NCBI RefSeq assembly: GCF_964213995.1
Contig: NC_135823.1
Span: 1,240,001-1,304,000 of the forward strand
DNA from: Mustelus asterias
Taxonomy: Eukaryota
Reading direction: 5' to 3'
DNA: 64,000 nucleotides
Each line of letters starts with the position of its first letter. The stretch's first letter is position 1. The position numbers and the translations under genes were made by a program. Under the pieces are notes generated by a model. That model searched no databases. It was given only the letters and a program-made list of their open reading frames with translations, and had not been told where the DNA came from. Of the stretch, positions 1-10,709 are shown in pieces.

Positions 1-383
1 GTCAATGAATTACGTTTAAGGATCATCTTCACGAGCGAGAGAGTCTGAGCGATTGAAGGATAGAATTCCAGAGCTGTGGTCAGAGTCAGCTGACTACATA
101 GCAGGCAATGTTGGAGTGATGGAAACTTTCCGGAGTAGTTAGGGCACCCTGGATTGCTTTTCTGAATTTCGTTCCTGAGCCGTCGGCAGATAATCCACGC
201 AGCCACATCCCTGCAATACCGATGGAGCACGGCACTGTCGTTGAGATGATGTCGTTCGGACGAGGCATTCAGATTCGGCCCCGCCTGCCACTCTGGTGGA
301 AAATTAAGTGCAAAATGGCCCTATATCAAAAGAGAGCAAAGGACATGATTCTGGACTAATATTTACTTATTGTCAAGGAAGAG

Positions 384-830
384 GCGATGGCCTCATGCTC
401 CTACTGCTAGAGTACTAATCCAGAAATATTACTAATGTTCTCGGGACCAGGTTCAATTCCTTCCACGGCAGATATTTGGAGTGGAGTGGCGGAGGCTGAG
501 GGGAGTCCTCAGTGAAGCCGATAAAATTATGAGAGGCATAGATAGGGTTGACAGCATGAATCTATTCCCAGAGTTGAAACGGCTCGTCCTTGGGATGAGC
601 ATTTAAGGTGAGAGGAGAAATTGCAAAGAGGCTGTGAGCAGCAGGTTTTTTGCACAGAGAGTGACAGGTTTCTAGAAAGCGCTGACTGTGTTGGTGGTGC
701 AGAGAGATATTTCATCGGGTCATTTCAGAGGCTTTGAGATCAGCACATGAATATGCAAGGAGTAGAGGGATATGGAAGATGTACAGGCAGAAGGGATACG
801 TTTAATTGGGCGTCGTGGTGCACTGTTCTC
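384..830 (+). mobile_element. Degenerate SINE head fused to a CR1-type LINE 3' fragment
   Basis: 384-475 resembles the tRNA-like head also seen at 52857-52940 and (reversed) 42760-42852. 480-830 resembles the CR1 3' end seen in other copies in the window. Confidence 0.55.
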
Positions 831-1504
831 TGTTCTAATATGGTCGAATTGAAAAAGAAATCTGAAATTCAGGATCTACTAATTGTTATCGATTGTTGGA
901 AAACCCACATGATTCAATACTGCCCTTTGGGGAAGGATTCTCCCGCCCTGACCTGGTCTTGCCTACATTTGACTCCAGAGCCAGAGCAATGTCGTTGCCT
1001 CTCAACTGCCCACAAGGGCAAATAGGGATGAGCAATAAATGCCGGCCAGCCAACGACGGTCATGGCCCACGAATGAACAAAAATAATCGTAACTGCAAGT
1101 TTGCCTTCGAGTCATTATCAACTTTCTGTTCTCGGGATTTTGTTTTGGGCACGTCTAATTATGAGTACAAAAGAAGAAACGTCACTGCAGTTCCAAATAT
1201 GCTTTACTTACTGTAAAGAACCATGAAACATTCTGTGCTCGTGTTTGTTTCTATATTAAGCATGACTTCTATCATCTTACTGAAACATTGACAAACATGT
1301 CCTGTTGCAGACCACACAAAGTAAAGAGACAGCAGTAACAGCTAACATATCAGCCCTTCAATATCACGGATCTGCACAACTTTCAATTCCTATTCATATA
1401 TCACAATTGCATAAGATGCAAAGCACAGAAGGGGATCATTCGGCCCATCAGCTCGGTGCTGTAGTTAACATTCCATAAATGCCTCATCATAATGCCTCTT
1501 CCTA

Positions 1505-1657
1505 NNNNNNNNNNNNNNNNNNNNNNNNNNNNNNNNNNNNNNNNNNNNNNNNNNNNNNNNNNNNNNNNNNNNNNNNNNNNNNNNNNNNNNNNNNNNNNNN
1601 NNNNNNNNNNNNNNNNNNNNNNNNNNNNNNNNNNNNNNNNNNNNNNNNNNNNNNNNN
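1505..1657. other. Assembly gap (153 N)
   Basis: Run of N directly visible. Confidence 1.
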
Positions 1658-1970
1658 GAGGCCATTTGGCCCATCGAGTCTGCACCGACCACAATCCCAC
1701 CCAGGCCCTATCCCCATATCCCTTAATATTTACCAATAATCCCTCTAACCTACACATCTCAGGACACTAAGCGGCAATTTTTGCATGGCCAATCAACCTA
1801 ACACGCTCATCTATGGACTGTGGGAAGAAACCGGAGCACCCAGAGGATCCCCACGCAGACACGAGGAGAATGTGCAAACTCTACACAGACAGTGATCCAA
1901 GTCGAGAATTGAACCCAGGTCCCTGGACCTGTGAAGCATCCGTGCTAACCATTGTGTTACCGTGCCGCCC
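1658..1970 (-). mobile_element. HE1-like tRNA-derived SINE (3' end lost in gap)
   Basis: Reverse complement of the GGGCGGCACGGTA...GGGTTCAATTC head and the conserved V-SINE-type core; closely similar to the copy at 10371-10709. Confidence 0.9.
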
Positions 1971-2367
1971 ATCCTTTTATTATTTTTCTCTCTGATGCCT
2001 CTCTTCTACTTTCCCATTAAATTCATTTGTGGCAGTCATCTCAGCCATTCCCTATTCTTGTGTGTTCCACATTTTTCCACCTTCTTCCATCGGGTAAAAT
2101 GATAGAAAATTCAGAAACCACGTACCAACCGCCTCTAAAACAGCATCTTCCCTGCTTGCCTGACAACAATGTGTTGGATCGACCTAACATATATTAAGCC
2201 GATCTTTATCTGCACCCGAGTTGTGCCTGTAAATCTATATTCTGCACCCTCTCCTTCCCTTCTCCCCCATGTACTCTATGAACGGTTAGTTTTGTCTGTA
2301 TAACTTACAAGAAACAATACTTTTCACTGCATAGCAATACACTTGACAATAATGAATCAAATAAAAT

Positions 2368-2717
2368 CATAGCACATAGGTCATAGAATCCCTGCAGTGC
2401 AGAAGGAGGCAATTAGGCACATCGAGTCCGCAACGATCACAATCCCACCCAGGCCTCTCCCCGTAGCCCCATGTATTTAGCCTAGCAAGTCTGCCTGCCA
2501 CTAGGGGCAATTTCACATGGCCAATCCACCTAACCCACACATCTTTGGACTGTGGGTGGGAAGCAGTGCACCCAGAGGAAAACCACGCAGAGACGGGGAG
2601 AACGTGCAACCTCAACACAGACAGTGATTCAAGCCAGGAATCGAACCCTGGCCCATGCAGCTGTGAGGCAGCAGTGCTAACCACTCTGCCACCGTGCCAC
2701 CCCCACCGTGCCACCCC
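2368..2717 (-). mobile_element. HE1-like SINE
   Basis: Same head, core and tail as other copies; short duplicated head (CACCGTGCCACCCC twice). Confidence 0.9.
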
Positions 2718-3419
2718 CAATTTATGTGACAAAATTAAATCAAGTGTGTGGACTCTACGAACCGTATTTATTTTTCAGTACAGCGCAGAGGAAAAAATAA
2801 TTTTCACCGTTTCCTAGTACATGTGACAAAAATAAATCAAATAAATTCAAATTAACACAAATCTTATTCTCCCCAATCTCCTGAATTCTCCTTTGCATTT
2901 ATTGGTCCCTACCTTAAACAGGTGGCCAATTCATTTGAAATCGTACATGTGTCCTTTCAACAATTTCATATTTGTAACCTCTATTTCCTTTCAAGCCTCA
3001 AGCTTCAATTCTTTAAGAGAAAAGGGTTTCAGCCTATTCAATATTCACTGATCGTTAGGAGCTATCAGTTCTGCTGTACCAGTTCTGAAGTATTTAGAGT
3101 AACGTTCCTGTTGTCTCTTTATCCTTACCAGGTTTTGAAGAACCGTGCTTTGTTCTCCAAGTCTGGCCTAACTGCTCTGCGTCGATAGCTGTGGTATTTT
3201 GAAAAACATGCTGAGTGTGTACCAGCACTCTGACATTTAGTAAACAGGAAAACAGCAGAGAGCTGTCTGCCTCGGTTCCATTTTTCAACCGCAATCGCGT
3301 ATTTATTAATAAACACAACGCAGAAATTTCACACCTCCCTCACACAGAGGGAACAAGAGCGAGTTTTCATGTGAGATTCGCATCGGGGGCTCAGAGTCTC
3401 ACCATCTGGGTCAAGGACA

Positions 3420-3462
3420 ATGAGTTTGCTCGGTGTCTGTGCATCGTTCCATCTCTTCCAAG
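3420..3462 (+). CDS. Gene A exon 1, signal peptide (MSLLGVCASFHLFQ)
   Basis: ACAATG start, hydrophobic 14 codons plus 1 nt, strong donor AG|GTGAGA; phase 1 matches the V exon. Confidence 0.75.
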
Positions 3463-6400
3463 GTGAGAGATCCTCATACATTCAGATAGAGTGGAGTAGA
3501 ATTTACAGTTGCTAAGTAGCAATCAACAGTTTCCAATGCCAGTTTCGTCGATAACTACAGAAAAACAGGTGGAAGATGATCGGTACTTGTAAGGAGTGAG
3601 ATACCGAACGCGTTTATTTTTAATGCAGCGAGTTCTTGTGATCTTGACGGTGCTGTCTGAAAGGGCGGTGGAAGCAGATTCTATCGTAACTTTCAAAAGA
3701 GGGGAGTTGGAGAAATGCGACAAGGGGCCAGCATTAGCTGTGATATCAGTGGGTAAAAGGAGGGTGAGTGGCCAATTGGATAAGTCTTTCAAAGCTCCAA
3801 CACTGACACGAACGCCCGAATGGTCTACCTCCCAGCTGTGCAGAGCTGGGAGATGAAACACATCATGCAAGCTTCACTTAACAACAAATGTTTTAAACTT
3901 ATTTATTCGTGTCACAAGTAGGCTGCCATTAACTCCGCAACGCAGTGGAAAATGTAATGTATCTAACAATGACCTGACTGGAAATTAAAGAGAATTGTCA
4001 TATCATTGTCATAAAATATGTGAGTTTGCTTCATTTACACCATTGGCGACTGGGGGAGCGGGGTGGGTGCTGTTGTGTTTCAACTGAAATTAGAAAGACT
4101 TGAAAAAGAGTCAAGAGCCCAAAGTCAGCAGGGAAAAGTTGAAACAAACGTTGGATGAGAGAAAATAACATTAAATTCTGAAGAAGTCCTTCAATATATT
4201 TAACCCTCACAGTTCCCAGTTGTCCACTCCAATGCATACACTAGATTTCCTGATCAAGAAACTCAGATTGGACACAGAAGAAAAGAACACAACCAACACA
4301 ATAATCGGCGCGATTTGAAGTGTTCCTGTGCTGGACACCTCGTTTTTTGTCGTTGTTTCTAGATTTGTTATGCCCCTATATCGGCATTTGTTTGCCGGGG
4401 GATGTTTTCAGGTAGTGCAGGACAATTTGTGGTGACTCTTGTTTTTTCTCTCTCTCCTTCTCAGTCATAGTGTCTCATACTACGTTGTCCCAGTGTCCAC
4501 CGGTACAGACACTTCCGGAGGGGAGCAGTGTTAAACTGAACTGCCACATCCCGGGCTCAGGAGCTGCTATGGTCTATTGGTACATGCAATCAGAGCGAAA
4601 CAAAATAAAATTGGTTGACAGACATGGCATTTACCTCCAGGAAGGCGAAAGCTTTGCAAGTAAGAATTCTGAAAAAGTGGGAATTTATTCATTGCTGATT
4701 ACGGATGCACGGAGAAACGATTCTGGGATGTATTATTGTGCAATCCGCAATCTCAAAAAGAGGTCACTAATATTCGGAAATGGATCCAAGTTAGTAATTG
4801 CAGGTACATTTTATCATTCTTCCATTGAAGTGGACATTTCAACAGCAATTAAAACGAGTCGTGTTCTACCTGTTAATGGGTTCTCTGTTTGTTTTGCCGG
4901 ATTTAGCGGATTCTCCAACCATATTCCTCCTCACCCCGCCGCTGCATCAGATTCGCGCCATGGAAAGGGTCCCGTTGTTCTGTTTGGTCAGAGGATTGTC
5001 TCCCGATTCCATTTCCGTCCGCTGGAATGTTTCTGGGCGGGATACTGTGGGACTGACCGATTCAGGGGCAATGGAACCGGGCGGCACCGACACCGTCAGG
5101 AGTTACATCAGCCTCCCGGTGGAAACTTGGAGCAGCGGCGCTCGCTGTACTTGCGCCGTTCAAGTCATCTCCAGTGAAAGTATTTTCAGTGAAAGTGTCT
5201 CATGTCAGAGAGGTAGCTATTCACAATGACCCCTTCACATCCATCTATTTAATGCTAATGTCACACTTTACGCAGAGGTGCCTAATTTTATAACATGTCT
5301 CTTCTCCCATGTGTTTCGACGTAAATCCAATTCAACTTTGACCTATCACAGTGCTCTCGTTCAGTTCGCTGAAAAGTTAATCTTCCCTCTTCCAGAGAGC
5401 TGTTCATGTTCAGCCACTGAGACACTTATTTCTGGCACAGATGGATGTCGAGATATAGGGAAAACGCCGGAAGGAAACGTTTATGTTGAAAATTAGCCAT
5501 CATGTTATATAATACCAGAGCAGCCTCGAAAATGGACTGGCTTCTTCCTGCTCCTATTTCCTGTGTCCATATGTCTGGCTCCACCGTGTTGACATGGTTT
5601 GATTTATTATTTTCACATGTAATGGGATACAGTGAAAAGTTTTGATCCATGCACGTTACAAAGACATGCATACCATTGATCGAGTACATGGATTTGATTT
5701 ATTATTGCCATATGTATTTGGGATTGCGCTGTCCAGAAAAAGCATAACGCTCATAGAGTACATAGTTTTGATCTATTGTTGTCATATGTTTCCAGATACA
5801 GTGAAAAGCATTGTTTCATGCGTGCGATACAAAAAAAGCACACCATCATAGGGTACATAGATTTGATTTAATTCTATTTTATTGCTGCCACATTTATTGG
5901 GATACATTGGTAAGTATATTTCCTTGCGTTATACAGACAAAACATACCGTTCACAGAGTACTTAGTTTTGATTTATTACTCTCACATATATTGGGATAGA
6001 GTGAGATGTATTGTTTCTTGCACGCTACACAGGCAAAACATACCATTTATATAGTACATGTGGGAGAAAGAAAGGAACGGGTGCAGCATGTAATACTACA
6101 TGCGTAAATGGAAGATTACGAGACAGTATAAGAGAGTTAGAATTAAGTTTTAAAAGAATAGCACGAAAGCCAATGACAGAATTGGTGGGTATGCTTGGGA
6201 CAGCTCGCAAGAAACAGCCATGCTCCGGCGCCATTTTGAATATGGTTGGGAGTCAGTAGCCCATGTCGCCGTGGGTTGAAATGAAATGTGTGATGACATT
6301 TCTATCGTATAACTTTATCACATCATGCCTACATGTAATGATTTATCCGACCTATCGTCTCCCTACTTCGAACTATTACAGTTTAAAAAAGCGGCACATG

Positions 6401-6640
6401 CTATCTGATGGATCTGTCCACCTGCTTAACTTAGCGTTATTCATTATCTCTCTCCCTCTGTTAATCGGTTCATTTTGTTTCTGTATAATAATCCGCTATC
6501 TCAGTCAGCTAGCCAACTCTCTGCATCTCACTCCCTCTCTTTTTCTCTTTTCGCTCCATTTCCCTATTCTCTCTGTGTTGCCCAGTATTAAACTCTCTGT
6601 GTCTCCCCGATCCACCCGACCCCTCCGCCTCCACACCACC

Positions 6641-6671
<31 letters not shown>

Positions 6672-8456
6672 CCAAACTACCCCAACCCCGGCCCCTCTTT
6701 TCTTCTTTATTCATTCCTGGGACATGCGCGTCGCTGGCTGACCAGCATTTATTGCCTAGTTGACATAGGGCCGTTATGTGTCAACCACGTTCTCTCTTAT
6801 CTCTCTGTCGCCAGCTATTGATTTTTCTCTCAGTCTGTGTTTATTGATATCTGTAATATTCTCACTCTTGCCTGATTTGTCCAGTTAAACAATGCTCCAT
6901 TTAAATAGCCACCTATCTGTCTCAATGGATTCCTACGTCGTCGACTCACTTTTTATATATTTGTCCTTACCTTGCTCCTTCCAGCTGTTCCCTTATGTAT
7001 ATCCAAGTGAAACAATTCTGTATGATCTATCTGCTCTATCACTCTCTTTGATCTCGGGATTACTCCTGTCAAATTTACCTATCACTTTCTTTCTCTCTCA
7101 CTGAACGATGATCTTTCGATTTTTGCTCTCTCTCAGTCGCATTCCCTCACTCTGTCTCTCGTTGTCTCTCCCCAGTGTCCTGTTGAAAAAATGTTCGGCA
7201 ACTTTTCTGCTCCATTACATGACGGCACAATATACAAAACCAGTTATTATTTTCGGGGAAATGGACAGGCAGTTTTAATCAAATTGTTCACTCATTTATG
7301 TTTTCCACAATTCTCATTGGAGGTGAAATGTATTCTTCTGTTTCAGATATTCCGGTAACCACGTCGTGCATTGTCTCGCTTTCAGGGGGTTTGTTGGCCG
7401 CGGCGCTCCTCCTTCTGGGATTGGTCTTTGTGGCTGGGAGATGGAGCTGCAGGAATCGGCAGAGAAGTAGCGATTGTTCAGAGACACTCTCACCCCGCGG
7501 CATCCACAATCACACATTTATCACTGAATTATTGAGACTATGGACGAATTGTGTGAAATGTGGCCAATTAGTCCGACTTTCTTCTTCTTAAACAGGCAAT
7601 GCAAGACATGATGAGGCCCTGACCGCTTCCAGATCATACCAACAGAATGAAGAGGTACGTTGTATTTTCCATTTTGCGTGGTTATTTTTCGATACCTTTT
7701 CACCCAAGGTTCAAAATTCGTAATGAGCACATTGCTCCGGAAAAAAAAATAACTCTGCAACTCTGGCAGCATCTGTGGAGACGGGAATATTTCGAGCCCT
7801 TGGGATACTTCTTCAGACCTAAGTTAAATCATTGGCCGCATTCTGCAGCCCATCCCGCTGGCGGGATTTTCTGGTCCCGTCGTAAGCAACGCACCCCTGC
7901 CCGTTCCCCCTCCCTCCAAAGCAACGGCATGCGGCCCGTTGTTGAACTTTGTGTCAACCTGGTTTCCCGTCATTTACCCCACTCCACCGCGGGGGAACTC
8001 GCGGACGTGTTTTTTGACGTCGGTGGCACTGGAGGATGCAGCCGTGGCTGGGGGCGGGTGGCGGGGCGGGGGCGGGGGGTGCAGCGGACCGCCGGGGATG
8101 TCCCGCCAAGTAAGCAGAATATTATCTTGGGAGTCATTGTGTCCATTTAGGAAGTTGATTTTTCACACAATGGGAGTCCAATTTTGGAACTCTCTCCCCG
8201 GAAAAAAAAACTGTTCAGGGCAGTTAACAGTTGGAATTTGCAAAACTGAGATGGATAGATTTATATTCGGGAGAATATTGAGGAATATTCAAAAATTGCT
8301 CAAAAACATGTCAGCCTTCATCTCGTTGAATAGAGTGGAGGGACTCTATGGCCTCACCTATCCCTATAATGATGGTGTGGAGTACATTGACAGATCACTT
8401 TTCATCCACAGTCTGTTTATGCTCGCCTGGCCTTCAATGAGGATCCAACACGCTAA
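3420..8456 (+). CDS. Gene A: non-rearranging VJ-C1-TM-ITIM Ig-superfamily receptor (PRARP/VJC1-like), join(3420..3462,4465..4803,4907..5212,7347..7466,7596..7654,8412..8456), 303 aa
   Basis: Six exons with GT-AG boundaries and consistent phases (1,1,1,1,0) splice into one open frame of 912 nt ending in TAA. Domain order is signal peptide, V with J motif, C1, TM, ITIM. AATAAA at 8749-8754. Confidence 0.85.
4465..4803 (+). CDS. Gene A exon 2, V-set domain with germline-joined J segment
   Basis: Polypyrimidine tract plus CAG acceptor. VKLNC (B-strand Cys), VYWYMQ, DSGMYYC and the J motif FGNGSKLVI are in one exon. Donor G|GTACAT; no RSS between V and J. Confidence 0.95.
4907..5212 (+). CDS. Gene A exon 3, C1-set domain
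   Basis: PTIFLL..VPLFCLVRGLSP..VRWNVSG..YISLPVETWSSGARCTCAV is a C1-set pattern. In-frame TAG acceptor at 4904-4906; donor G|GTAGCT. Confidence 0.9.
5598..6060 (-). repeat. About 5 tandem copies (~75-105 bp) of a LINE 3'-tail sequence in intron 3 of gene A
   Basis: Unit TTTGATTTATTATT..CACATGTATTGGGATACAGTGAAAAG..CATACCGTTCATAGAGTACAT is repeated. The same tail occurs singly at ~2270-2365, ~49865-49970, ~52705-52830 and ~59130-59220. Confidence 0.75.
7347..7466 (+). CDS. Gene A exon 4, stalk with Cys plus transmembrane helix
   Basis: TTTCAG acceptor; DIPVTTSCIVSLSGGLLAAALLLLGLVFVAGRWSCRNRQR; no charged residue in the TM. The donor AA|GTAGCG is weak, so the end is less certain. Confidence 0.8.
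7596..7654 (+). CDS. Gene A exon 5, cytoplasmic (SNARHDEALTASRSYQQNEE)
   Basis: CTTTCTTCTTCTTAAACAG acceptor, GAG|GTACGT donor, phase 1 to 0. Confidence 0.75.
8412..8456 (+). CDS. Gene A exon 6, ITIM-bearing terminal exon (SVYARLAFNEDPTR*)
   Basis: TTTTCATCCACAG acceptor, phase 0; SVYARL matches the ITIM consensus (S/I/V/L)xYxx(I/V/L). Confidence 0.8.
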   Translation, partial: SVYARLAFNEDPTR

Positions 8457-8748
8457 CTCGAGAGGAAAGAGAGTGAACGAAAAAGAGAGAAATGTGTGTT
8501 TCCTCCATATCTAGTGTTGTAGAAACATTTCTTTTGTGCACGGTCAATTTTGAAGGTCCAACTGGAGCAAATTCGTGCGGAGTGGCAGCTCAATGCTCTG
8601 ATGGCGCCCAAAGCGGAAAATGCACTCACCCTAATGTCCGCCATTCTACAATGGAATATCGACTGCAGCGCAATTTCACCTCTTCATGCTTCTAATTCCT
8701 TATATCGTTTTTTACAATGCTATTCTGCATTGTCTCCGGTAAATATGC

Positions 8749-8754
8749 AATAAA
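8749..8754 (+). terminator. Candidate polyadenylation signal of gene A
   Basis: AATAAA about 290 nt after the stop codon. Confidence 0.6.
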
Positions 8755-10370
8755 CAATTCAAAATGTATCTGTATACGCGTTACCAATTTGTCGAAACAG
8801 GTTTTGAATACCAATGTAAGCTGCATGACCCCAGATTCTATATGGGTTCAACCCAAATGCGTTTCCGGTGGCTCTTCAGCTAATTAACAAAGGCATTTTT
8901 GGAGTGAATGTGTGTGCGTTTGGAATTGGGTAAAGAACCGACGAGGTAGTTTAGTATTTCGTTGGGGATTCTCGCTGGATTGATTAAAAATGCAGAGTGA
9001 GAGCATTCTTGAACTCGATGTGCAGTGGTAATGAACACAATTACATTTATTGCTGAGACAAAATTATTTCCAATCCATTTTGGCTTTGGATAACATCGCT
9101 CAGTGGATTTTACAGAATCGGACAAGAGAACCTTACCCATGTACAGCACAGGAAGAGCCTGCCCCTTATCTGTCGGCTGTTTAAATCTGTATGTTTGTTC
9201 CACATCCTATCTACCACAGCATGACAATTAGGCATATTCCTCTTTTAACAGCGATTAAAATTATCAGCGATTAAAATTACTTTTCTTTCCTCCTGTACAT
9301 GCCAATAGCAGCAGACCATTGAGCACTTCGGTGAGTTAATTTCCGCCACGCTGGAACAATATCTTAACTCCATTCACGCAGCTCCATGCATAATTCTATC
9401 CAGTTACCAAAAGACAATCTCTGTTTTGACAGTTTCATTTTAGCCACGGTCTCAGCAGTTATTTGAAGTTCATAGTTACAGATCCCCCTTTCCATTGTTT
9501 GAAGAATTGTGAACATGTCACATCCAAATGCACAGACTCTGTTATCGAGCAACACCATATCCAACCATCCGGCCGCCACCCCCCACTACATCCACCCGAA
9601 TTGTTTTTGACTTCGCCCACTGCGACGGTACCGTGCCGTTAACAAATGTATTTTAATCATGTTGATCTGCAGGATGTCTCTAGCAGTCCCTGGCATCTTG
9701 TGGGAACTTTTGTCTACAAACGGCATCCTCCATTGTGACTGAGACATCACAATTGATAATATGTCTGTTTCAATCTGAACTAATGCAGTGATCTGTTTTT
9801 TGAGTGTTCCCTTGGGATTGCAGAGCAAATCTTGATCGGTATGATTGACAGATAAATTCATATGGCTGTGGACAACTAATCTTTCACAGAGAATTCCAAC
9901 TTCGTTGCTGTTTCCAGATGTTGTTTGGACTTGAGATAGAGCAGTGTCAGTTTTCACCCGCCTCTGGAGTTGTAGATACTGCTTTCTGAGTGTTGCTTCT
10001 TGGAAGCTGCAGAGAGAGTGAAAGAGAGAAAGGTATCCTGTTCTGTCCCTCAGATTTGAAACCTCGAAGCTTCCAGAGACTAGATTTATTTCACTGTTTT
10101 GCTGTCTTGGGCATATATATACTTCTCTGAAAACGGCTGTTTGGATTAATTTCGATTGGTGTTGAAAGTTGGAAATCTAGTATCGCGGGAGTAAACGTGT
10201 TTTTGTGTTAACTAATTCTGAGGAAGGTTGCATGCTGATGGGAGATATGATTAAATTGGAACACCAGAGATAGATAGCTTTTGATATAACAAGGTGTGAT
10301 GTTTAATTCTTGTAATTGGTAAAAGTTAAGCCACTTCTTTTTAGTGGGTCATTTGAATCATACTCGGAGT

Positions 10371-10709
10371 GGGGCGGCACGGTAGCACAGTGGTTAGCAC
10401 TGCTGCTTCACAGCTCCAGGGACCTGGGTTCGATTCCCGGCTTGGGTCACTGTCTGTGTGGAGTTTGCACATTCTCCTCGTGTCTGCGTGGGTTTCCTCC
10501 GGGTGCTCCGGTTTCCTCCCACAGCCCAAAGATGTGCGGGTTAGGTTGATTGGCCATGCTAAAAATTGCCCTTAGTGCCCTGAGATGCGTAGGTTCGAGG
10601 GATTAGTGGGTAGATATGGGGGTAGGGCCTGGGTGGGATTGTGGTCGGTGCAGACTCGATGGGCCGAATGGCCTCTTTCTGTACTGTAGGGTTTCTATGA
10701 TTTCTATGA
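10371..10709 (+). mobile_element. Full-length HE1-like SINE
   Basis: Pol III A/B-box-like head (TAGCACAGTGG, GGTTCGATTCC), conserved core, CR1-like tail ending TTTCTATGATTTCTATGA. Confidence 0.92.

Noticed and set aside
1-292. Minus-strand acceptor (TTTTCCACCAG) followed by a frame open to the window start (EWQAGPNLNASSERHHLNDSAVLHRYCRD...)
   Set aside because: No recognisable domain and truncated by the window edge, so it cannot be supported as an exon.
4470-5177. 235 aa ORF as a single-exon protein
   Set aside because: It is the V exon reading through the intron into the wrong frame of the C1 exon.
4465-5212. Rearranging TCR or Ig light chain locus
   Set aside because: V and J are fused with no RSS, the V-C intron is only ~100 bp, the TM is uncharged and the tail has an ITIM; this also differs from germline-joined shark IgL clusters, which lack a TM.
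7750-7820. Minus-strand CTGAAGA...GAAA hammerhead-like remnant in gene A intron 5
   Set aside because: Stems are degenerate; probably a decayed Penelope-derived fragment.
8556-8753. Alternative last exon with YRFL-QC-YSAL as an ITAM
   Set aside because: Spacing of 2 residues is not an ITAM (6-8 needed), the acceptor is poorer than at 8412, and the region is most simply 3' UTR.
9046-9051. Minus-strand AATAAA as gene B's polyA signal
   Set aside because: About 27 kb from B's last identified exon, and no terminal coding exon was found nearby.
10371-10450. tRNA gene
   Set aside because: It is the tRNA-derived head of a SINE, continuing into SINE core and tail.
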